A model generated the notes under the pieces. That model was not told the DNA's origin and made no database searches. It worked only from the letters and a program-made list of their open reading frames with translations. From positions 1-58,431 of the forward strand of contig MFDF01000023.1 in the NCBI GenBank assembly GCA_001776785.1: a DNA stretch of 58,431 nt, written 5' to 3'. How positions within the stretch are numbered: the stretch's first letter is position 1; each line of letters opens with the position of its first letter. Made by a program: the position numbers and the translations under genes. Positions 16,444-24,859 of the stretch are shown one piece after another. Source of the DNA: Candidatus Daviesbacteria bacterium RIFCSPHIGHO2_12_FULL_37_16. Lineage in GTDB: Bacteria > Patescibacteriota > Microgenomatia > Daviesbacterales > UBA10151.

Positions 16444-16879
16444 TCAATTACCAAAATTAACAGACAGGTCTAAGAAGAGAATGGGTAGGGGTTTAGGGTC
16501 TGGTAAAGGAAAGACAGGTGGAAAAGGTTATAAAGGACAAAAAGTCAGGGGTAAAATGCCTGCCTGGTTTACAGGCAGTGGTTTACCTTTATACAGAAAA
16601 CTTCCTTATGTCAGAGGTTGGTCAAGAAGCGGGGGTAATCCAGCAGCAGCACCAAAGCCAATACTTATAAAAACTGAAGCACTTTTAAATTTGAAAGGTA
16701 AGGAGGTTAGCGTAAGCAGTCTAATAGAGAGCGGATTGATAAAAGAAAAACAGGCTAAAAAGAGGGGCGTAAAGATTTTGGGAAAAGCTGATTTAAAAAC
16801 TGCTTTGGTTGTTCATTTACCAGTAAGTAAATCTGCAAGAGAATCTATAGAAAAGGTAGGAGGTAAAATTGATAGCTGA
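16433..16879 (+). CDS. rplO: 50S ribosomal protein L15
   Basis: Start at MQLNQLPKL...[17 protein letters not shown] (canonical), overlapping the rpsE stop. No L30 gene lies between them. Confidence 0.92.
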   Translation: MQLNQLPKLTDRSKKRMGRGLGSGKGKTGGKGYKGQKVRGKMPAWFTGSGLPLYRKLPYVRGWSRSGGNPAAAPKPILIKTEALLNLKGKEVSVSSLIESGLIKEKQAKKRGVKILGKADLKTALVVHLPVSKSARESIEKVGGKIDS

Positions 16880-18164
16880 GCTGCTAAAGGGGTTTACTCA
16901 AGCTTTTCATATACCTGAACTTCGCAGGAAACTTATAATAACAGCTCTAATTTTAGTAATCTTTAGAGTTGTTGCCCATATTCCTTTGGGGGGGATAAAT
17001 GCAGCCGGGTTAAGAGACCTTTTTGCAAACAATGAACTTTTAGGGCTTTTAGATATTTTTTCAGGAGGAACCTTAGCTAATTTTTCTGTTATAGCCCTTG
17101 GTTTAAATCCCTATATTAACGCATCCATTATAATGCAGCTTTTAACTGTAGTTTTTCCAAAACTTGAGGCTTTGTCCAAAGAGGGTGATTTTGGCAGGCA
17201 GAAAATTAACCAGTATACCAGGTACTTAACTGTGCCCTTGGCTGTTATCCAGGCTATTGGAATGTATACACTGTTGAGAAATCAGGGGCTGATTGAAGTT
17301 ACCACCGCAATCCAGATTTTATCGATAGTTGTGGGTATGACTGCCGGAACCATCTTTTTAATGTGGCTTGGGGAGATTTTAACAGAGTATGGAATTGGTA
17401 ATGGAATTTCACTTCTAATTTTTGCAGGAATTGTAGCCAGGGCCCCTGTGTCACTTTTCCAAACTGCTTCTGTAGTTGACCAGCAGCAAATTATAAATAT
17501 TTTAGTATTTGCAGGGTTGGCTATTGCAATGATTGCAGGAATTATTTTTGTTAATGAAGGAAGAAGACAGATTTTAGTTCAGTATGCCAGAAGATATTCA
17601 GGTGGAAGAACTTCTGCCAGTGGAGCACAAACTTATTTACCGCTGCGGGTTAACCAGGCTGGTGTTATCCCAATTATTTTTGCAGTTTCTTTAGTGCTTT
17701 TACCTTCTTTTGGAGGACAATTTTTAGCAGCATCTAATTCAGCCCAGCTGCAGCAGATTGGAAGATTTTTTGTAGAACACTTTCAGCCAACTTCTATTTT
17801 ATACAATGTAGTTTACTTTTTATTAGTGCTTGGTTTTACCTATTTTTATACTGCTGTTATTTTTAATCCTACCAAGATTGCTGATGAGATTAAGAAATAT
17901 GGAGGGTTTATCCCAGGAATCAGGCCAGGGGAGGCAACAGCAAAGTTTTTAAATTTTATACTTTTAAGAATTACTCTGGCCGGAGGAATATTTTTAGGTA
18001 TTATTGCAGTTTTGCCATCAATTGCATCCCAGGCAACAAACGTAACTACTTTGGTTGTTGGAGGAACCTCACTTTTAATTGTGGTCTCAGTTATTTTGGA
18101 TACTGCTAAGCAGTTTGAGTCAAAGCTTATAGAAAGAAACTACGATAAGTTTCTACAAAGATGA
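16869..18164 (+). CDS. secY: Preprotein translocase subunit SecY
   Basis: 431 aa, TTG start, 10 TM-type hydrophobic segments. [15 protein letters not shown] and [10 protein letters not shown] motifs. Confidence 0.96.
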   Translation: MIAELLKGFTQAFHIPELRRKLIITALILVIFRVVAHIPLGGINAAGLRDLFANNELLGLLDIFSGGTLANFSVIALGLNPYINASIIMQLLTVVFPKLEALSKEGDFGRQKINQYTRYLTVPLAVIQAIGMYTLLRNQGLIEVTTAIQILSIVVGMTAGTIFLMWLGEILTEYGIGNGISLLIFAGIVARAPVSLFQTASVVDQQQIINILVFAGLAIAMIAGIIFVNEGRRQILVQYARRYSGGRTSASGAQTYLPLRVNQAGVIPIIFAVSLVLLPSFGGQFLAASNSAQLQQIGRFFVEHFQPTSILYNVVYFLLVLGFTYFYTAVIFNPTKIADEIKKYGGFIPGIRPGEATAKFLNFILLRITLAGGIFLGIIAVLPSIASQATNVTTLVVGGTSLLIVVSVILDTAKQFESKLIERNYDKFLQR

Positions 18165-18694
18165 TGAAAATATATGTTGCAGGGCTGCCTGGAAGCGGGA
18201 AGACCACACAAACTGAAAAACTAGGTAAATACTTAAATCTTCCTGTTGCCCAGATGGGAGTGATTTTAAGAAAAATTGCTGTTGAGGATGGGGAAAAAGG
18301 AGAGATGATGAAGCAGGTTATGTCCACTGGCCAGCTTTTAAGTGATGAAGAAGTTGCACAGATAATGGGTGATGAGGTGTCAGGTGAGGAGTATAAAGAT
18401 GGGTTTGTGATGGAGGGGTTTCCCAGGACAGAAAAACAAGTTGAGCTTTTTAATCCAGATTTTGACAAAGTAATTTATCTTGAAGTGTCTGAAGATGCTT
18501 TAGTAAAAAGACTTTTGGGGAGAGGTAGAATGGATGATTCTGAGGAGGCAATAAAAAAAAGAATGGAAGTTCAGAAAGCAGGATTTGAACAAGTCTTAGG
18601 ATGCTACAGGGATAAACTTGTAAAAATAGATGGAGAACAAAGTGTAGATAAAGTTTTTGAAAGTATAGTTGCACATTTAAAGGATGAAAGTTAA
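18161..18694 (+). CDS. adk: Adenylate kinase (short form without a zinc lid)
   Basis: 177 aa. [11 protein letters not shown]-loop and GFPRT motif. Position after secY. Confidence 0.9.
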   Translation: MMKIYVAGLPGSGKTTQTEKLGKYLNLPVAQMGVILRKIAVEDGEKGEMMKQVMSTGQLLSDEEVAQIMGDEVSGEEYKDGFVMEGFPRTEKQVELFNPDFDKVIYLEVSEDALVKRLLGRGRMDDSEEAIKKRMEVQKAGFEQVLGCYRDKLVKIDGEQSVDKVFESIVAHLKDES

Positions 18695-19466
18695 GCCAAA
18701 AAGTCCGCACGAACTTAAATTAATGAGAAAAAGCGGATTAATTACTGCTAAAGCATTAAAAAAGACCCTTGAAGCTGTAAAGGCTGGAGTGAGTTTAATA
18801 GAACTTGATGATATTGCCAGGGAAGAGATATTAAGGCTTGGAGGCAATCCTTCATTTATGAGTGTGCCTGGGTATGAGTGGACAACCTGTCTGACTGTAA
18901 ATGATGAGGTAGTCCATGGAATCCCCAGGGATGTTATTTTAAAGGATGGAGATGTTTTGGGGATAGATTTAGGGGCTGTTTATCAGGGGTATCATACTGA
19001 TGCTGCATGGAGTATTTTAGTCAGTGAAGAGGGAAGAGTGAAGAGTGAGGAGTCAGAAAAGAAGGAGAGATTTTTAGAAGTTGGAGAAAAGGCATTATGG
19101 GATGGGATAAAACAGGCTGTGGAGGGCAATAAGATTGGGGATATTTCTGAGGCAATCCAGAGTGAAGTTGAAAGAAGGGGAGGATATAGTGTGGTGAGGT
19201 CTTTAGTGGGCCATGGGGTAGGTAAAAACCTGCATGAAGAACCTGAAGTGCCTGGATTTGGTAAGGCTGGGACAGGATTAAAACTTATGAAAAATATGAC
19301 TTTGGCTATTGAGGCAATATATACAGAGGGAAAGAGTGGAGTAGTAATGGATAGTGATGGATGGACAATCAGGAGTGAGGATGGCACTTTGGGAGGGCTT
19401 TTTGAGATGAGTATTATAGTTTTAAAGGACAAAGCTGAGGTTTTAACTGACTGGAGAGGGGTATAA
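18684..19466 (+). CDS. map: Type I methionine aminopeptidase
   Basis: 260 aa. VHGIP, D..G..Y.GYH.D and GHGVG..LHE.P motifs. Confidence 0.95.
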   Translation: MKVKPKSPHELKLMRKSGLITAKALKKTLEAVKAGVSLIELDDIAREEILRLGGNPSFMSVPGYEWTTCLTVNDEVVHGIPRDVILKDGDVLGIDLGAVYQGYHTDAAWSILVSEEGRVKSEESEKKERFLEVGEKALWDGIKQAVEGNKIGDISEAIQSEVERRGGYSVVRSLVGHGVGKNLHEEPEVPGFGKAGTGLKLMKNMTLAIEAIYTEGKSGVVMDSDGWTIRSEDGTLGGLFEMSIIVLKDKAEVLTDWRGV

Positions 19467-19523
19467 GTCTATGGGTTGTGTTTCGAGGCTAAATTTGTTA
19501 AAATTCATAAGGCCTTTTTAAGT

Positions 19524-19778
19524 ATGGATGATGGTCAATTGCCGGATTTATTAGAAGTTGAAGGAAAAGTTTTAGAGGTGCTGCCCAGCACAATGTTTAG
19601 GGTGGAAATTGACAGGTCTGCTAACTTACCTGAACTTGTAGGTAGAGTGATCTTGTGTCACATCTCAGGCAAAATGAGAAGGCATTTTATAAAACTTTTG
19701 ACAGGAGACAGGGTAAAGGCTGAGATGAGTCCAAGGTATGATTTGGATAAAGGAAGAATAACCTTTAGGATTAGGTAA
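19524..19778 (+). CDS. infA: Translation initiation factor IF-1
   Basis: Start at [28 protein letters not shown] (S1-like fold signature). Confidence 0.93.
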   Translation: MDDGQLPDLLEVEGKVLEVLPSTMFRVEIDRSANLPELVGRVILCHISGKMRRHFIKLLTGDRVKAEMSPRYDLDKGRITFRIR

Positions 19779-19784
19779 AATTAT

Positions 19785-19848
19785 AAGGACCTGATGTCTT
19801 CGCAGTATGAGATATTGTACTGCTCAGTTATCAGAACCTTGCCTTTTT
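19785..19848 (+). repeat. Hairpin element A, copy 1 (terminator-like, after infA)
   Basis: AAGGACCTGATGTCTTCGCAGTATGAGATATTGTACTGCTCAGTTATCAGAACCTTGCCTTTTT. Stems AAGG/CCTT, CTGAT/ATCAG and GCAGTA/TACTGC. About 94% identical to 43238-43302. Confidence 0.5.
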
Positions 19849-19889
19849 AAAACAAGGCAATTATTAGATAGAAAGGAAGTTTTAAAAAC

Positions 19890-20006
19890 GTGAGAGTACA
19901 AGCAAGTATTAAGACAAGATGTAAAGCATGTAAAATCGTTAAACGCGAGGGGATTTTGTATGTTATTTGTCCAAGAGATCCAAAACATAAACAACGTCAG
20001 GGATGA
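19890..20006 (+). CDS. rpmJ: 50S ribosomal protein L36 (38 aa, GTG start); absent from the ORF track
   Basis: (M)[37 protein letters not shown] has the canonical L36 zinc-ribbon pattern. Confidence 0.92.
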   Translation: MRVQASIKTRCKACKIVKREGILYVICPRDPKHKQRQG

Positions 20007-20014
20007 CGTTGTTT
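19989..20014 (+). other. Perfect 11-bp hairpin that includes the rpmJ stop codon
   Basis: AAACAACGTCA-ggga-TGACGTTGTTT. Its 3' arm overlaps the outer stem of hairpin element B3. Confidence 0.5.
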
Positions 20015-20072
20015 GAGGATAGCTCGTTGCTATTGAAATTGAAAGGTTCAATAGAACTACGCCATCTTAAAC
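20011..20072 (+). repeat. Hairpin element B, copy 3 (after rpmJ)
   Basis: Inner stem TATTGAA (20031-37) / TTCAATA (20047-53). Outer stem GTTTGAGG / ATCTTAAAC includes G-U pairs. Confidence 0.5.
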
Positions 20073-20093
20073 AAAGACAAGGATAAAAGATTT

Positions 20094-20312
20094 ATGAATA
20101 CAGAAAGAATAAGACAATTAAAAGGTAATGTAAGAGAAGTTGGGAGAATTGTTGGTATAACTCTCCAGCTTGCCTTAGACCCAAGAACTGATCCTGATTT
20201 TATAAGATTACAGCAAAGATGGAATACAACTAGAGTTGATGGGTTAGGTAATCCACAATCATTAGCAGCTAGAATTAAACAAACAATTAGAGGGGGGCAA
20301 GCTAATGGCTAG
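20094..20312 (+). CDS. Hypothetical basic protein (72 aa) inserted between rpmJ and rpsM
   Basis: AAGGA SD upstream. Its stop overlaps the rpsM start by 8 nt (ATGGCTAG). No family recognised. Confidence 0.5.
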   Translation: MNTERIRQLKGNVREVGRIVGITLQLALDPRTDPDFIRLQQRWNTTRVDGLGNPQSLAARIKQTIRGGQANG

Positions 20313-20700
20313 GATTGCAGGAGTGGATTTACCAAATGAAAAAAGGGTTGATATTGGACTTACTTATATTTTTGGTATAGGCAGGGCTAATGTGGTTGGG
20401 CTTTTAGAGAAAGCAAAAGTAGATCCAGCAACTAGGGTGAAAGATCTATCAGAAGATGAGGTAAATAGATTAGCAAAAGCTATAGATGGAATTATGGTTG
20501 AAGGAGATTTACAAAGGGAAGTTGGTCAAAATATTAGAAGGCTTGAAGATATTGGAACTTATAGAGGTTTAAGACATAGAAAAGGGCTTCCTGTAAGAGG
20601 ACAAAGGACTAGATCTAATGGTAGGACCAGAAGAGGAAAGAGAAAGACAGTAGGAACAGTAAGAAAGGAAGCACCTGCAGCAGCTAAGAGTGCAGCATAA
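20305..20700 (+). CDS. rpsM: 30S ribosomal protein S13
   Basis: 131 aa. [13 protein letters not shown]...LTYIFGIG and [14 protein letters not shown]. Confidence 0.97.
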   Translation: MARIAGVDLPNEKRVDIGLTYIFGIGRANVVGLLEKAKVDPATRVKDLSEDEVNRLAKAIDGIMVEGDLQREVGQNIRRLEDIGTYRGLRHRKGLPVRGQRTRSNGRTRRGKRKTVGTVRKEAPAAAKSAA

Positions 20701-20708
20701 AAAATATC

Positions 20709-21104
20709 GTGGCAAAGAAAACAGTTATAAAAAAGAAAAAATCAGAGGCAGTAAAAAATATACCTAAAGGCAGGTTATATGTGACTGCAACTTTTAATAA
20801 TACTTTGGTTAATTTAACAGATCCGCAGGGCCAGAGTTTAGCCTGGAGTTCTTCAGGGGCATCAGGTTTTAAAGGAGCAAGGAAAGCTACACCATTTGCA
20901 GCAATAACTGCAGTTGAGAAAGTTTCTTTAAAAGCAAAAGAGGTAGGAATGAGTGCACTGGAAGTTTTTATTAAAGGGCCAGGACCCGGGCGTGATGCAG
21001 CTATCAGGGCATTAAAAAATTCAGGACTTAATGTTGTAATGATTGCAGATGTGACACCCGTTCCACACAATGGACCAAGAGCAAAGAAAAGGAGAAGAGT
21101 TTAA
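20709..21104 (+). CDS. rpsK: 30S ribosomal protein S11
   Basis: 131 aa, GTG start. FNNT.V.LTD..G......S.G..GFKG.RK.TPFAA. Confidence 0.97.
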   Translation: MAKKTVIKKKKSEAVKNIPKGRLYVTATFNNTLVNLTDPQGQSLAWSSSGASGFKGARKATPFAAITAVEKVSLKAKEVGMSALEVFIKGPGPGRDAAIRALKNSGLNVVMIADVTPVPHNGPRAKKRRRV

Positions 21105-21709
21105 TGTCTAGATATACAGGACCTAAAAGAAGATTATCAAGAAGAGAAGGAGTAGCACTTTTTCCTAAAGATGCAAAGGCTTTGGAGAGAAAAGGTGCAG
21201 TTCCTCCTGGAATGAGGGGTACCAGATCCAGAAACAGAAGAACTTCTGAGTTTGGTACACAGCTGAGGGAAAAACAGAAAGCAAAAAGGCTGTATGGATT
21301 GTCTGAAAAACAATTTAGAAATACTTTTGATGAAGCTTCAAAAAGAAAAGGCAGGACAGGGCAAACACTTCTTGAACTTTTAGAGACAAGATTAGATAAT
21401 ATAGTTTATAGGTTAGGGTTTGCTAAGTCCAGGCCTGAAGCAAGGCAGTTAGTATCACATGGCCATATTCAGGTTGACAATAAAAAGGTTGGTATTCCCT
21501 CATATAGGGTGAGTATTGACTCAACTGTTGCAATTTTACCCAAATTTGTGGATAATACACAGGTTAAAAAGAACCTTGAAGAAGGCAGGACTGTTTCGGG
21601 CTGGCTGGAGAGAAAAGCAGCTGTGGGTAAGGTTTTAAGACTTCCTGAAAGAGAAGAGATGGAAGCTATAGTGGATGAACAACTCATAGTTGAATACTAT
21701 AGTAGATAA
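21104..21709 (+). CDS. rpsD: 30S ribosomal protein S4
   Basis: 201 aa. MSRYTGPK.RLSRREG and an S4 RNA-binding domain (LDNIVYRLGFA.SR.EARQLV.HGHI.V). Confidence 0.97.
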   Translation: MSRYTGPKRRLSRREGVALFPKDAKALERKGAVPPGMRGTRSRNRRTSEFGTQLREKQKAKRLYGLSEKQFRNTFDEASKRKGRTGQTLLELLETRLDNIVYRLGFAKSRPEARQLVSHGHIQVDNKKVGIPSYRVSIDSTVAILPKFVDNTQVKKNLEEGRTVSGWLERKAAVGKVLRLPEREEMEAIVDEQLIVEYYSR

Positions 21710-21731
21710 TGGTAAAATAATATTTAAATTT

Positions 21732-22649
21732 ATGCTTAATTTTAAAGTAACAACTGAAAAAGAAGATGGCAACTTTGCTTTAGTTTCTATTGAGCCGCTT
21801 GAAGCTGGTTATGGTCATACACTTGGTAACAGCCTAAGAAGATGCCTTTTGACTTCACTTGAGGGTGCAGCTATTACTTCTGTTAAGATTTCCGGAGTTT
21901 CTCATCAATTTTCAACACTTGCGGGTGTGGTTGAAGATGTGATTGAAATAATTCTAAACTTAAAAAAAGTCAGGATTAAGGTTTTTGGTGATAAGCCTAT
22001 AAGAGTTAGAATTACTAAAAGCGGGGCAGGAGAAGTAAAAGCCTCTGATATTGATACATTAGGAGCAGGAGAAGTGGTTAATCCAAATCTTCACATTGCT
22101 ACACTTACTGATTTAAAAGCTAAACTTAATGTTGAGCTGGTTGCTGAAAAAGGTGCTGGATATATGCCTGCAGAGGAAAGAAAAACTACAGAGATTGGAG
22201 TAATTCCAGTTGATGCAATTTTTACACCAATAATGTCTGTAAACTATACAGTTGACCAAACCAGGGTTGGAAGAAGAACTGATTTTGATAAACTTAATTT
22301 AGAGATTACAACTGATGGTACAATTTCTCCTTTAGATGCTGTAAATACTGCAGCAAAAATCTTAGGTGGGTATTTTAAACAGGTTTATGAACCAACATTT
22401 GAAGAGGTTGAAGAAGCATCAGTTCTGCCTTCATATATGTCTGATGATTTGATGAAGTCTTCAATTGAAGAACTGGATTTGCCAGTTAGAATTACAAATG
22501 CACTAAAGGCAATTGAGATAGATACCATTGGCAAACTTACTACTGTTTCAACATCACAGTTAATGAAAGCTAAAAATTTGGGTGCAAAATCATTGAGTTT
22601 AATTTCAGAGAAACTGCAGGAGAGGGGGCTTGGCTTGAGTGAGGCATAG
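21732..22649 (+). CDS. rpoA: DNA-directed RNA polymerase subunit alpha
   Basis: Start at MLNFKVTTEKEDGNFALVSIEPLEAGYGHTLGNSLRR. C-terminal HhH domain (EELDLPVRITNALK...IDTIGKL). Confidence 0.95.
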   Translation: MLNFKVTTEKEDGNFALVSIEPLEAGYGHTLGNSLRRCLLTSLEGAAITSVKISGVSHQFSTLAGVVEDVIEIILNLKKVRIKVFGDKPIRVRITKSGAGEVKASDIDTLGAGEVVNPNLHIATLTDLKAKLNVELVAEKGAGYMPAEERKTTEIGVIPVDAIFTPIMSVNYTVDQTRVGRRTDFDKLNLEITTDGTISPLDAVNTAAKILGGYFKQVYEPTFEEVEEASVLPSYMSDDLMKSSIEELDLPVRITNALKAIEIDTIGKLTTVSTSQLMKAKNLGAKSLSLISEKLQERGLGLSEA

Positions 22650-23112
22650 AGTATATGGTAAACACCTGGGAAGAGATAAAAATCAACGGACTGCACTTTT
22701 TAAAAATTTAGTGCAGAGTCTAATCCTCTGGGAAAAAATAGAAACTACGCAAGCTAAAGCTAAAGCAATCAAAGGACTTGTAGATAAAATAATAAATCAG
22801 GCTAAAACTCCAGCAACAAGAAGACTTGTAAGTCAATTTTTAGTCAAAAAAGAAACCCAGGAAAAATTAATAAAAGATATAGCTCCAAGGTTAAAATCCA
22901 GAACTAGTGGCTACACCTCAGTTGTTAAATTAGGAAGAAGATTGGGAGATGGCACAATGATGGTTTCAATGAGGCTATTAACAGAAGAAAAAGTATCACA
23001 AGGGGAACGAGTATCACAAGTACCACAGGTAAGAAAAGAAGAAGAAAAACCCCGTGATACCAGTGTTACCCGTCAATCCCGTGGTACTTCCAAGAAGGAG
23101 GTATCAAAATAA
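22639..23112 (+). CDS. rplQ: 50S ribosomal protein L17 with a repeat-derived C-terminal tail
   Basis: GTG start. (M)RHRVYGKHLGRDKNQRTALFKNL. The tail EEKVSQGERVSQVPQV...RDTSVTRQSRGTSKKEVSK is extra. Confidence 0.93.
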   Translation: MRHRVYGKHLGRDKNQRTALFKNLVQSLILWEKIETTQAKAKAIKGLVDKIINQAKTPATRRLVSQFLVKKETQEKLIKDIAPRLKSRTSGYTSVVKLGRRLGDGTMMVSMRLLTEEKVSQGERVSQVPQVRKEEEKPRDTSVTRQSRGTSKKEVSK

Positions 23113-23580
23113 ATGTCTACAGCTAAAATTTCAGGAAAAAATATTCAAAGAGAATGGCATTTAATTGATGCTAAAGATAAGACTTTAGGAAGGTTAGCAG
23201 TTGAGGTGGCTAAGATTTTAAGGGGTAAAAATAAAGTAAACTTTGTGCCTTACTTGGATCAGGGGGATTATGTTGTGGTAGTAAATGCAGCAAAAGTTTC
23301 AGTTACCGGCAAAAAAGAAAATCAAAAGATGTATTACAGGCACTCAGGCTATCCGGGTGGATTAAAATCTGAAAGTTTAGGGAAACTAAGAAGCAGAAGG
23401 CCTGAAGAAATTTTAAGGCATGCAATTGTAGGAATGTTGCCAAAAGGGAGTTTAGGGAGAGGTATGATAACCAAACTTTATATTTTTGCAGGTGAAACTC
23501 ACAATATGGATAGACAGTTGGGGATAAAAAAAGAAAAAGTAGCAGAAAAAGTGGAGGAGCAAGCTGTAGCAAGCGCATAA
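23113..23580 (+). CDS. rplM: 50S ribosomal protein L13
   Basis: 155 aa. W.LIDAKDKTLGRLA..VA..LRGK.K and Y.RHSGYPGG motifs. Confidence 0.96.
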   Translation: MSTAKISGKNIQREWHLIDAKDKTLGRLAVEVAKILRGKNKVNFVPYLDQGDYVVVVNAAKVSVTGKKENQKMYYRHSGYPGGLKSESLGKLRSRRPEEILRHAIVGMLPKGSLGRGMITKLYIFAGETHNMDRQLGIKKEKVAEKVEEQAVASA

Positions 23581-23584
23581 AATT

Positions 23585-24034
23585 ATGGCGGATGAATCAA
23601 CCACTCCAATAAAGCAGAATGAGCGAAGCTCTTCTTCGAATAAAAATTATTTTCATGCAATAGGCAGAAGAAAAGAAGCAGTTGCAAGGGTCAGGCTTTT
23701 TAAAGGACAGGGGCAATTAACTGTTAATGAGATACCCATTGCTCAATATTTTAAAGGACAAATTGCACAAAAACAGTATCAAAGACCCTTTGAAATAACA
23801 AAAACATTAGGGGAGTTTACAGGAACTATAAAGATAGAAGGTGGAGGGTATGCTTCACAACTTGATGCAATTGTACATGGTATTGCAAGAGCACTGCAGC
23901 TTGCTAATAAGGAGTCATTCAGGCTTCCACTTAAAAAAGCTGGGTTTTTAACCAGAGATGCCAGGGTAAAAGAGAGAAGAAAATTTGGTTTAGCCCACAA
24001 AGCAAGGGCGAAAAAGCAGTCTCCAAAAAGATAA
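23585..24034 (+). CDS. rpsI: 30S ribosomal protein S9 with a ~20-aa N-terminal extension
   Basis: 149 aa. GRRKEAVARVRL core and ...RD.R.KERRK.G...ARAKKQSPKR end. Confidence 0.95.
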   Translation: MADESTTPIKQNERSSSSNKNYFHAIGRRKEAVARVRLFKGQGQLTVNEIPIAQYFKGQIAQKQYQRPFEITKTLGEFTGTIKIEGGGYASQLDAIVHGIARALQLANKESFRLPLKKAGFLTRDARVKERRKFGLAHKARAKKQSPKR

Positions 24035-24052
24035 TAATGTTAAAATAGATTA

Positions 24053-24853
24053 ATGGGTATACCCTGGAGGCTTCCTAAAATCCAGCTTGCTTTGCTTTTG
24101 TTCTTAGTTTATTTATCTTCTTTGGTAACTACTCCCTTATTACAGTTAATCTTCCATTTAGGATTAGTTTTAGGAAGTGTGTTTATTTTTGACTATCTTT
24201 TTTTGAAAGTCAGGAATATCCAGCCATTTTTATTGTCTGCTGCTTTAGTGAGTGGTTTAATTATTGCTTTGCTTGCAGATCCTGCTCTGCCTTTCTATAA
24301 GATTATTTTAATATGTGCACTGGCAATGTTTTCTAAGAATTTCATCAGAGTGGGGAATAGCCATATTTTTAATCCTGCAGGGTTTGGATTGTTTTTAGGA
24401 GGCATAATATTTACTTTTACAGTTTCCTGGTGGGGCGTTTCTTATCAGAGATTATTTCCTTTTAGCATTACCTCTATAATTTTATTTTTAATTTTGATTA
24501 CTCCTGGTTGGATTTCTGCGGTTAGGATGAAAAGATATAGGATAATTATTCCTTTTTTACTATTTTATAGTTTTTTCCTTCTTTTGATAACAGGGCGGTT
24601 TGATTTTGAATTACTGAGCAATACATTAATAGATCCTACAGCTTTATTTTTTGCTATAGTAATGCTGCCTGAACCTATGACAACTCCAAATAAGCCTTTT
24701 AGGCAGTTAATCTTTGGAACCTTTGTTGCTATATTGGCAGTTATAGTTTCAATGCCAATCTTTAGTGATCAGTCTTTAGGATTTAATCTAGTTTCAGATC
24801 CCCTTATTTTGGCACTTCTTTTAGGAAATCTGGTTTTTTTCAAGTTTAAATGA
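24053..24853 (+). CDS. Polytopic membrane protein, weakly RnfD/NqrB-like
   Basis: 266 aa with ~8 hydrophobic segments. HIFNPAGFGLFLGG motif. The family assignment is weak. Confidence 0.45.
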   Translation: MGIPWRLPKIQLALLLFLVYLSSLVTTPLLQLIFHLGLVLGSVFIFDYLFLKVRNIQPFLLSAALVSGLIIALLADPALPFYKIILICALAMFSKNFIRVGNSHIFNPAGFGLFLGGIIFTFTVSWWGVSYQRLFPFSITSIILFLILITPGWISAVRMKRYRIIIPFLLFYSFFLLLITGRFDFELLSNTLIDPTALFFAIVMLPEPMTTPNKPFRQLIFGTFVAILAVIVSMPIFSDQSLGFNLVSDPLILALLLGNLVFFKFK

Positions 24854-24859
24854 GTCTTT

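Noticed and set aside
19824-20051. 75-aa minus-strand ORF in the infA-rpsM interval.
   Set aside because: It overlaps the plus-strand rpmJ (L36), which has an unmistakable conserved sequence, and it runs through hairpin elements A1 and B3.
13504-20072. Possible CRISPR array, because the hairpin element contains ATTGAAA/TTTCAAT, which resembles some CRISPR repeat ends.
   Set aside because: There are only three copies, 0.8 and 5.7 kb apart, each inside a ribosomal operon spacer. The spacing is not regular, the flanking stems are not identical, and no cas genes are present.
20094-20312. The 72-aa ORF as a displaced, divergent L30 (rpmD).
   Set aside because: I could find no resemblance to the L30 sequence pattern, and the position is wrong. 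It is kept as an orphan ORF instead.
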